Assembly: GCA_035651995.1 (NCBI GenBank)
Contig: DASRER010000008.1
Coordinates: 4,065 to 68,064, forward strand
DNA from: Terriglobales bacterium
GTDB taxonomy: Bacteria; Acidobacteriota; Terriglobia; Terriglobales; Acidobacteriaceae
DNA length: 64,000 nucleotides
Direction of reading: 5' to 3'
Position 1 is the stretch's first letter. Each line of letters opens with the position of its first letter. Below, piece after piece: positions 57,516 through 64,000 of the stretch. The notes under the pieces are model-generated. The model did no database searches and had not been told where the DNA came from. It was given only the letters and a program-made list of their open reading frames with translations. Position numbers and translations under genes: made by a program.

Positions 57516-58946
57516 ATGCCAGCCAGTTACAACGGAGTCGCAGTTCCGACCGACGGCGCCAGGATCGGCTACGCCAACGGCAAGCTCGTTGTCCCCGATG
57601 ACCCGATCATTCCTTTTATTGAGGGCGACGGCACCGGCCGCGACATCTGGAAGGCATCGCAGCGCGTGTTTGACGCGGCGGTCGCCAAGGCGTACGGCGG
57701 CAGGCGGCGCGTGGTGTGGTACGAGGTCTTCGCCGGCGAGAAGGCGTTCACCAAATTCAAGAACTGGCTGCCGGACGACACCGTCGAGGCGATCCGCGAG
57801 CTGCGCGTCGCCATCAAGGGGCCGCTCACGACGCCGGTGGGCGGCGGCATCCGCTCGCTGAACGTAACGCTGCGCCAGGTGCTCGATCTCTACTGTTGCG
57901 TGCGTCCGGTGCGCTACTACCAGGGCGTGCCCTCGCCCGTGAAGCATCCCGAGCGCATGAACGTGGTCATTTTCCGTGAAAACACGGAAGACGTTTACGC
58001 CGGCATCGAGTGGAGGCAGGGAAGCGACGGCGCGAAGAAACTCATCGCCTTCCTCAACAATGAAATGCTCAAGGGCGGCAGCAAGCGCGTGCGCGAGGAT
58101 TCGGGCGTCGGCATCAAGCCGATTTCGATTACCGGGACAAAGCGCCTGGTGCGCCGCGCCATCGAGCACGCCATCGAGAACAGGCTGAAGACGGTCACGC
58201 TCGTGCACAAGGGCAACATTCAGAAGTTCACCGAGGGCGCCTTCCGCGAGTGGGGATACGAGCTGGCGCAGCAGGAATTCCGCGCGCAGACCGTGACCGA
58301 GCGCGAGAGCTGGATCCTCGACAACAAGGACAAGAACCCGAACGTGACCATCGAACAGAACGCGAACCTGGTCGAGCCTGGCCTGGAGTACGCCTCGCCC
58401 GACTTCCAGAAGTCCGTGTGCGACGAAGTGAAGCAGGTTCTCGACGCGATTTACGCAACCCACGGCCGCGGCCAGTGGAAGCAGAAGATCATGGTGAATG
58501 ACCGCATCGCCGACTCAATCTTCCAGCAGGTGGTGACGCGCCCCGAAGAATACAGCGTTCTCGCCTGCCCGAACCTGAACGGCGACTACATCTCCGACGC
58601 CTGCGCCGCGCAGGTCGGCGGCCTCGGGATCGCGCCGGGCGCCAATATCGGCGACCAGCACGCCATCTTCGAAGCAACCCACGGCACCGCGCCCAAGTAT
58701 GCCGACAAAGACGTGATCAATCCCGGCTCGGTCATCCTGAGCGGAGTGATGATGTTCGACTTCCTGGGATGGAAAGAAGCGGCGCGCCTGATCGAAGACT
58801 CCATGGAGCGCACCATCCAGCAGAAGAAGGTCACCTACGACTTCGAGCGGCTGATGGAAGGCGCCACCAAGGTGAAGACGAGCGAGTTCGCCGAGTACAT
58901 CGTGCAGAACATGAACGGGGCCAGGAAGAGTTCGGCGGCGGATTGA
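57516..58946 (+). CDS. icd: NADP-dependent isocitrate dehydrogenase
   Basis: ATG 57516 lies 7 nt after [51 protein letters not shown] and [12 protein letters not shown]. Confidence 0.93.
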   Translation: MPASYNGVAVPTDGARIGYANGKLVVPDDPIIPFIEGDGTGRDIWKASQRVFDAAVAKAYGGRRRVVWYEVFAGEKAFTKFKNWLPDDTVEAIRELRVAIKGPLTTPVGGGIRSLNVTLRQVLDLYCCVRPVRYYQGVPSPVKHPERMNVVIFRENTEDVYAGIEWRQGSDGAKKLIAFLNNEMLKGGSKRVREDSGVGIKPISITGTKRLVRRAIEHAIENRLKTVTLVHKGNIQKFTEGAFREWGYELAQQEFRAQTVTERESWILDNKDKNPNVTIEQNANLVEPGLEYASPDFQKSVCDEVKQVLDAIYATHGRGQWKQKIMVNDRIADSIFQQVVTRPEEYSVLACPNLNGDYISDACAAQVGGLGIAPGANIGDQHAIFEATHGTAPKYADKDVINPGSVILSGVMMFDFLGWKEAARLIEDSMERTIQQKKVTYDFERLMEGATKVKTSEFAEYIVQNMNGARKSSAAD

Positions 58947-58982
58947 TTCGAACTTCGGCCCGCAGCCCTTTGTGAATGGTTT

Positions 58983-59013
58983 GTGTCCTTCGTGGGAACG
59001 CTTTTGATTTCGC
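58983..59013. repeat. about 31-nt dispersed element GTGTCCTTCGTG..AACGCTTTTG.TTTCGC (copy 1)
   Basis: GTGTCCTTCGTGGGAACGCTTTTGATTTCGC compared with 61273-61304 GTGTCCTTGTGTGAAACGCTTTTGCTTTTCGC. Confidence 0.5.
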
Positions 59014-59032
59014 TGAGCTGTGACTGACCGTC

Positions 59033-59602
59033 ATGCCCGCCAAATCTGCCGCCGCGGCACCTCGCGCCTCGCGCCCGTACATGCCAGGCTACGGCCTGCC
59101 CGACGCGACCCAGGGCAAGGGCCTGCTGCCGTGGTCGTGGGCCGAGCGCCGGCTGGTGGGGTCGCACAACTACTGGTTTGCGTCGGCGCGTCCCGAGGGC
59201 GGCCCGCACCTGATGGTCATCTGGGGCGTCTGGATCGGCGGCCGCTTCTGGTTCAGCACGGGCGCCAAGTCGCGCAAGGCGCGGAACCTGAGCGCGAATG
59301 CGGCCTGCGTCATCGGCACCGAGCGCGCATCGAGCGCGGTTATTGTGGAGGGCACCGCTCAGGTTGTGGACCCACGCGATGTTCCGCGGGAAGTTTCCGC
59401 CAGCTACAAAAAGAAATACAAGTGGGTGTTCGATCCCAGGCTCGGCCCGATTATGGCCGTAACGCCGCGCGTGGCCTTCGGCCTGCACGAAAAGGACTTC
59501 GACCAAAGCACGACGAAGTGGACGTTCCAATTACCGCGGAGACGCGGAGCCGCGGAGGAAACGAGTTCCCCGCGTCTCCGCGCCTCGGCGGTCAAGAAAT
59601 GA
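59033..59602 (+). CDS. pyridoxamine 5'-phosphate oxidase-family (split-barrel flavin/deazaflavin-binding) protein
   Basis: 189 aa. [51 protein letters not shown] is typical of the PPOX-like family. Confidence 0.65.
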   Translation: MPAKSAAAAPRASRPYMPGYGLPDATQGKGLLPWSWAERRLVGSHNYWFASARPEGGPHLMVIWGVWIGGRFWFSTGAKSRKARNLSANAACVIGTERASSAVIVEGTAQVVDPRDVPREVSASYKKKYKWVFDPRLGPIMAVTPRVAFGLHEKDFDQSTTKWTFQLPRRRGAAEETSSPRLRASAVKK

Positions 59603-59612
59603 AAGGAAGAGA

Positions 59613-60539
59613 ATGCGCAACAAAGTCACCGTAGTCGGTTCGGGCAACGTGGGCGCCACCGCGGCGCACTGGATGGCGTCGAAGGAACTCTGCGACGTGG
59701 TGCTGATTGACATTGTGGAAGGCGTGCCGCAGGGCAAGGCGCTCGACCTGCTCGAGGCGATGCCCATCGAGAAGCGCGACTCGCACGTGGTCGGCACCAA
59801 CGACTACGCCGACACCGCCAACTCCGACATCGTGGTCATCACCGCCGGCGTGCCGCGCAAGCCCGGCATGAGCCGCGACGACCTGCTCAACACCAACTAC
59901 AAGATCATGCAGGACGTGGTGAACAAGGTCGTGCAGTACTCGCCCAACTGCATCCTCATCGTCGTCTCGAACCCGCTCGACGCCATGGCGCAGACCGCCT
60001 ACAAGCTCTCGAAGTTCTCGCGCAACCGCGTAATCGGCATGGCCGGCGTGCTCGACTCCGCCCGCTTCCGCACCTTCATCGCCGAAGAACTGAAAGTCAG
60101 CGTGGAGAACGTCACCGCCTTCGTCCTCGGCGGCCACGGCGACACCATGGTCCCGCTAGCACGCTATTCCACCGTCGCCGGCATTCCCATCACCGAGCTC
60201 ATGGATAAGGCCACGCTCGACCGCCTCGTCCAGCGCACCCGCGACGGCGGCGCCGAGATCGTGAAGTATCTGAAGACCGGCAGCGCCTACTACGCGCCCT
60301 CGTCCGCCGTGACCGAGATGGTCGAGGCCATCCTCAAAGACAAAAAGAAGATCCTCCCCTGCGCCGCGTACCTCGAAGGCGAGTACGGCATCAACGGCCT
60401 CTACGTCGGCGTGCCATGCAAGCTCGGCGCCCGCGGCCTGGAGCAGATCATCCAGATCAAGCTGACGGCGGAAGAACAGCTCGCGCTCCAGAAGAGCGCT
60501 GATTCGGTGAAGGAGCTGTGCGCGGTGATCGGGGTCTAA
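59613..60539 (+). CDS. mdh: malate dehydrogenase (LDH-like type)
   Basis: 308 aa. [41 protein letters not shown] and GGHGDTMVP. Confidence 0.93.
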   Translation: MRNKVTVVGSGNVGATAAHWMASKELCDVVLIDIVEGVPQGKALDLLEAMPIEKRDSHVVGTNDYADTANSDIVVITAGVPRKPGMSRDDLLNTNYKIMQDVVNKVVQYSPNCILIVVSNPLDAMAQTAYKLSKFSRNRVIGMAGVLDSARFRTFIAEELKVSVENVTAFVLGGHGDTMVPLARYSTVAGIPITELMDKATLDRLVQRTRDGGAEIVKYLKTGSAYYAPSSAVTEMVEAILKDKKKILPCAAYLEGEYGINGLYVGVPCKLGARGLEQIIQIKLTAEEQLALQKSADSVKELCAVIGV

Positions 60540-60557
60540 GCGCCGCCAAACAAATCT

Positions 60558-60629
60558 GCCACGGATTCACGCATCAACCCGGACCAGGTAAGAATCCGTG
60601 TCGATCCGTGGAATCCGTGGCGGTTTTTT
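60558..60629 (+). terminator. intrinsic terminator of mdh built from repeated 'ATCCGTG' words
   Basis: GCCACGGATTC (60558-60568) pairs with GAATCCGTGGC (60611-60621), followed by GG and TTTTTT (60624-60629). Confidence 0.55.
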
Positions 60630-60674
60630 CCTCTCTGCGTGCTCCGCATCCTCTGCGTTGAAGAATCTGCGTCG

Positions 60675-61202
60675 CTACACCCGCTCCACCTTCACGCTCT
60701 GCACCACCACATCTTTGAGCGGCCTGTCCTGCTTGTTGCGCGCGACCTTGCTGATCTTGTCCACCACGTCCTGGCCCTCGACGACCTCGCCGAAGATGGT
60801 GTGTTTGCCGGTGAGCCAGTCGCTGGCTGCCACGGTGATGAAGAACTGCGAGCCGTTGGTGTTGGGGCCGGCGTTGGCCATGGCGAGCTTGCCGGGCTTG
60901 TCGAAGCGGTGCGGCGAGCCGCGCGTTTCGTCTTCGAACTGGTAGCCCGGGCCGCCGAAGCCGGTGCCCTGTGGATCGCCGCCCTGGATCATGAACTGCG
61001 GGATCACGCGGTGAAAAATGCTGCCGTCGTACAGCCGGTCATACGATTTCTTCCCGGTGGACGGATGCGTCCACTGGCGTTTGCCCTCGGCGAGTTCGGT
61101 GAAGTTGGCGACCGTCTTGGGCGCGTCTTTTTCAAACAGGCGGACCACAACGTTGCCTTCCGACGTGTTCAGCGTTGCGTACAGTCCAGGCTGGCGTGCC
61201 AT
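60675..61202 (-). CDS. cytoplasmic cyclophilin-type peptidyl-prolyl cis-trans isomerase
   Basis: 175 aa. FHRVIPQFMIQGGDPQGTGFGGPGYQFEDE and NGSQFFIT. Confidence 0.9.
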   Translation of the reverse strand: MARQPGLYATLNTSEGNVVVRLFEKDAPKTVANFTELAEGKRQWTHPSTGKKSYDRLYDGSIFHRVIPQFMIQGGDPQGTGFGGPGYQFEDETRGSPHRFDKPGKLAMANAGPNTNGSQFFITVAASDWLTGKHTIFGEVVEGQDVVDKISKVARNKQDRPLKDVVVQSVKVERV

Positions 61203-61272
61203 TTTCCTCTCCTCTTTCAGGGCGCTCGCGATGTCCGGCGGCGCCGTCCTTCGTGCCCTTCATATGACCTTC

Positions 61273-61304
61273 GTGTCCTTGTGTGAAACGCTTTTGCTTT
61301 TCGC
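61273..61304. repeat. about 31-nt dispersed element (copy 2), preceded by CCTTCGTG word stutter
   Basis: See 58983-59013. Upstream, 61246-61272 reads GTCCTTCGTGCCCTTCATATGACCTTC. Confidence 0.5.
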
Positions 61305-61313
61305 AACGAAAAA

Positions 61314-62111
61314 CTACTTCGCCGGCGCCTTCTTCGCCGCTGTCCCCGGCTTCGCGGCCGTTCCCGCTTTCGGCGCCGGTTTGGCCGCCGGCCTGGCAGC
61401 CGGCTTCAAGCCGGTGATGGCAATGTGCTTGATCGTCACCGGCGCATTTGGGCGATCGTTGCCGTTGCGCGGCGCCCGCGCGATCTGCTTCACAAGGTCC
61501 ACCGTCGCCGGGGTGCAGTGCCCGAAGATGGTGTAACCGTATCCCTTGGGCACGCGACGGCTGCCGCGCAGGCATCCGCCTTCGTCCAGGCAGGGATCGA
61601 GGAAGGGCACCGGCACCTCGGTGATGAAGAACTGCGAGCCGTTCGTGTTCGGGCCGCTGTTGGCGTAGGCGAGCATGCCCGGCTTATTGAAGGTGAGATC
61701 AGGCGAAAACTCGTCCTTCATCTCGTAGCCCGGACCTCCCATGCCCGTGCCGATGGGATCGCCGCCCTGGATCATGAACTCGGGGATGACCCGATGGAAA
61801 ATTGTCCCGTCGTAGAGCGGCACACCGTGTTTTTTGGCGCCGGTCCTGGGATCGGTCCAGTCCTTGGTGCCGCGCGCCAGGCCGGCGAAGTTGGCCACGG
61901 CGTTGGGCGCCTTGTCCGGGAAGAGTTCGCAGCTCAGCGTACCCGCTGTGGTCTGGATGGTCGCGGTCGGCGGACCCGTCGTGGCCGGCGTGGTGGTGGT
62001 TTTTGACGACGAGGCCGGCTTGTTCGTTGCAGCAGCCGGCTTCTTCGCTGGAGCGGTTTGCGCCGCCAGTGTTGCCGCGGCGAGGAGGATTGCGATCGCT
62101 ACATTCTTCAT
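61314..62111 (-). CDS. secreted cyclophilin-type peptidyl-prolyl isomerase with Lys/Ala/Pro-rich C-terminal tail
   Basis: 265 aa. Signal peptide MKNVAIAILLAAATLAAQ, then FHRVIPEFMIQGGDPIGTGMGGPGYEMKDE and the tail KPAARPAAKPAPKAGTAAKPGTAAKKAPAK. Confidence 0.85.
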   Translation of the reverse strand: MKNVAIAILLAAATLAAQTAPAKKPAAATNKPASSSKTTTTPATTGPPTATIQTTAGTLSCELFPDKAPNAVANFAGLARGTKDWTDPRTGAKKHGVPLYDGTIFHRVIPEFMIQGGDPIGTGMGGPGYEMKDEFSPDLTFNKPGMLAYANSGPNTNGSQFFITEVPVPFLDPCLDEGGCLRGSRRVPKGYGYTIFGHCTPATVDLVKQIARAPRNGNDRPNAPVTIKHIAITGLKPAARPAAKPAPKAGTAAKPGTAAKKAPAK

Positions 62112-62172
62112 CCCTGCTCTACTCCCAATGTCTGATTCGATGGCGCCCGCGTGCGCGCCGCGATTTTCGGCG

Positions 62173-63507
62173 CTAACGTGGCGTAGCCGCCGCCTTTCCT
62201 TTTGCCTTCGGCGCCGCTCCCGCGGTCTGCGCCGGATGCCACTCCGGCTGATTGCCGCGCAACTGTGCTGCCACGCGTTCCACCTCGCGGAAGACGCGCA
62301 TCAGGTTTTCGCCCAGGACCTTGCGCACATCCGCTGCCGTGTAACCGCGCGCCATCAGCGCCTCGGTGATCTTCGGCAAGTCGGCGGCCGAATCGATCCC
62401 CTGCGGCAGCCCGCCGGAGACGCCGTCGAAATCCGAGCCGAGGCCGACGTGGTCCACGCCCGCCACCTTGGCAATGTGGTCAATGTGGTCGATCAAAGCT
62501 TTCAGCGGCGGACGCGGAATCTTCTTCGCCCACTCGCGCGAGACGCGCTCAGAGACGTAGTAGGGAACTTCCTTGCCGGGATGCGCCTTCTGCCAGTCGG
62601 CCACGGCCTGCTCCACGGCGGCATCGCGCGCCCGCGACTGCGCCGCGTTCGCCTTGCGGTAGTCATCGTCGATGAAGCCGTTGTAGAAGTTCACCATTAC
62701 CACGCCGCCGTTCTTCGCGACCGCCTTCAGCATCTCGTCGGTCATGTTACGTGGCGCGTTGGTGAGCGCGCGGGCAGATGAGTGTGAGGCAATGACCGGA
62801 GCCCTGGTGGTCTGGATCGCATCCCAGAACGTTTTGTCGGCGACGTGCGAGATGTCCACCATCATGCCCAGCCGGTTCATCTCAAGCACGACGTCACGGC
62901 CGAACGGCGTCAGACCGTTGTGATGCGGAACGTCGGGATCGCTGATGTCGCCGGAAGAATCGGCCCACTCGTTTGTGTTCGACCAGGTGAGCGTCATGTA
63001 GCGGACGCCAAGGCGCGCGAAGTCGCGCAGCAGGCCGAGGTCGCTCTCGATCGCGTGTCCGCCCTCGATGCCCATCAGCGCGGCCAGCTTGTGCTGGCGA
63101 TGTGCGGCCTCGATGTCGGCCGGGCTGAAGGCCATCATGATCTTGTCGGGATGCAGCTGCGCCTGGCGGTACACCGAGTCGATCAGCCGGAAGGCGCGCC
63201 GCGCGTACTGGCCCTTGTGCCGCGGCTCAACCCAGATCGAGAAGAACTCCGCGCCGAGGTTGCCGCGCGCGATCTTGGCCAGGTCAATCTCGCCCTCGCC
63301 GGCGTCGCTGCCGATATCGAAGTTCTCGTCGAGAAAGCGCTGCGGCGTATCAGCGTGGGTATCAATGACGAGCGCAGCGGCGTGCACCACGCGGGGGTCC
63401 GTGGACGGCCTTGCCGGCTTGGACCTGGAAGACTGGGCCATGGGGACAGGGCAGAGCAGTGTGACTACAAGCAGGATAAATGCTGGACGCATCGTTGGGT
63501 TGCCCAC
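62173..63507 (-). CDS. membrane dipeptidase (peptidase family M19)
   Basis: VIDTHADTPQRF, MGIEGGHAIE, VDISHV and GLGSDFDGV. The start is GTG 63507 or, more likely, ATG 63492 (MRPAFILLVVTLLCPVPMAQS signal peptide). Confidence 0.85.
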   Translation of the reverse strand: MGNPTMRPAFILLVVTLLCPVPMAQSSRSKPARPSTDPRVVHAAALVIDTHADTPQRFLDENFDIGSDAGEGEIDLAKIARGNLGAEFFSIWVEPRHKGQYARRAFRLIDSVYRQAQLHPDKIMMAFSPADIEAAHRQHKLAALMGIEGGHAIESDLGLLRDFARLGVRYMTLTWSNTNEWADSSGDISDPDVPHHNGLTPFGRDVVLEMNRLGMMVDISHVADKTFWDAIQTTRAPVIASHSSARALTNAPRNMTDEMLKAVAKNGGVVMVNFYNGFIDDDYRKANAAQSRARDAAVEQAVADWQKAHPGKEVPYYVSERVSREWAKKIPRPPLKALIDHIDHIAKVAGVDHVGLGSDFDGVSGGLPQGIDSAADLPKITEALMARGYTAADVRKVLGENLMRVFREVERVAAQLRGNQPEWHPAQTAGAAPKAKGKAAATPR

Positions 63508-63658
63508 GCCTGGCGGGGCGAACGGGCATTGTATCGAAGAGCAGTGGAACGTGGTTAGTGGATAGTGGTCAGCCGGAGCCGAGGCGCGGCGAGCCGGTGC
63601 GACCGAGCGACCAGGTGAAATTGAAGTGAGCAGTTTGGACGACGCAGCCTTTCACTAT

Positions 63659-64000
63659 TCACTCTTCACTATTCACTTTCTTTTCCGCCGTCACCCGCTC
63701 GTCGCGCCACTCCGGATAGCGTTCGTACACCATCACATGGAAGACCGGCTGGCGCCGCTCTTCCTCCGGCTCGATCACTTTTTCTTCCTTCAGACGGGCG
63801 AGATAATCGGCCACGAACTTGTGCTGGGCGCGCGTCATACCGCGCTTGGCGATGTCGAGCGTCAGGCCGGAAAGATGCGAAGAGGCGGTTTCGCCGGTCT
63901 CCGGCGCGGCATTGGAGTTCCAGCGCCGCAACTCCTTCTGCTGCTCCACGGTGCGCACCGCCGAGTTCACCTGGATGGGCCGCTTGAATTTCGTGTAGTA
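63659..64000 (-). CDS. peptidase M15-like (VanY/LD-carboxypeptidase fold) protein, C-terminal part; gene runs off the right edge
   Basis: The frame is open to nt 64000 (...YYTKFKRPIQVNSAVRTVEQQKELRRWNSNA...ASSHLSGLTLDIAK). The SxHxxGxxxD pattern is typical of the M15 fold. Confidence 0.5.
   Translation of the reverse strand, partial: YYTKFKRPIQVNSAVRTVEQQKELRRWNSNAAPETGETASSHLSGLTLDIAKRGMTRAQHKFVADYLARLKEEKVIEPEEERRQPVFHVMVYERYPEWRDERVTAEKKVNSEE

Overview
A 64 kb, high-GC (about 64%), gene-dense chromosomal segment. I infer it comes from an Acidobacteriota-type genome, based on a giant TonB receptor with a carboxypeptidase-regulatory-like domain, orphan MacB/FtsX permeases, and many Tat-exported propeller proteins. 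All product calls rest on motif recognition in the translated ORFs; no database search was possible. I support about 55 CDS, one intact tRNA (Arg-ACG), one tRNA 3' fragment, one gene remnant, several hairpins/terminators and a set of short intergenic repeats. There is no rRNA, CRISPR array, transposase, integrase or phage gene.

Gene content, left to right:
- 1-24.4 kb: a carbohydrate/organosulfur utilisation region. It contains nanE, an IclR regulator, a beta-hydroxyacid dehydrogenase, a LarA-family epimerase, a TonB receptor, FGE plus a Cys-type sulfatase, an HpcH aldolase, a QW-toroid protein, a GGT-family hydrolase, a 14-repeat FG-GAP protein, an NHL-repeat protein, TauE and a secreted beta-propeller hydrolase.
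- 25-29 kb: sulfite dehydrogenase SorAB and a GH57 enzyme.
- 30-36.4 kb: eno, then a complete arginine-to-polyamine set (pdaD, aguA, aguB, deoxyhypusine-synthase-like).
- 37-43 kb: LysR, glnA and small genes.
- 43.4-46.9 kb: a pterin operon (GT2, two mammalian-type PTPS, folE, SDR).
- 48-50.6 kb: two orphan MacB-type permeases.
- 51.7-64 kb: copA, glnE, icd, mdh, two cyclophilins and an M19 dipeptidase.

Most interesting observations:
1. A peroxiredoxin-like gene is split by an in-frame TGA exactly at the redox cysteine (W-[TGA]-P-N-C), and a perfect hairpin follows immediately. It is a probable UxxC selenoprotein with a SECIS element.
2. An uncharacterised, translationally coupled six-gene array joins cytoplasmic enzymes to two giant propeller proteins.
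3. Intergenic spacers across the window carry tandem 7-9 nt 'word stutters', often as inverted arrays, and some are dispersed repeat families.
4. An orphan LarA homologue sits in a sugar-acid context.
5. A GT2-linked tetrahydropterin-type operon.
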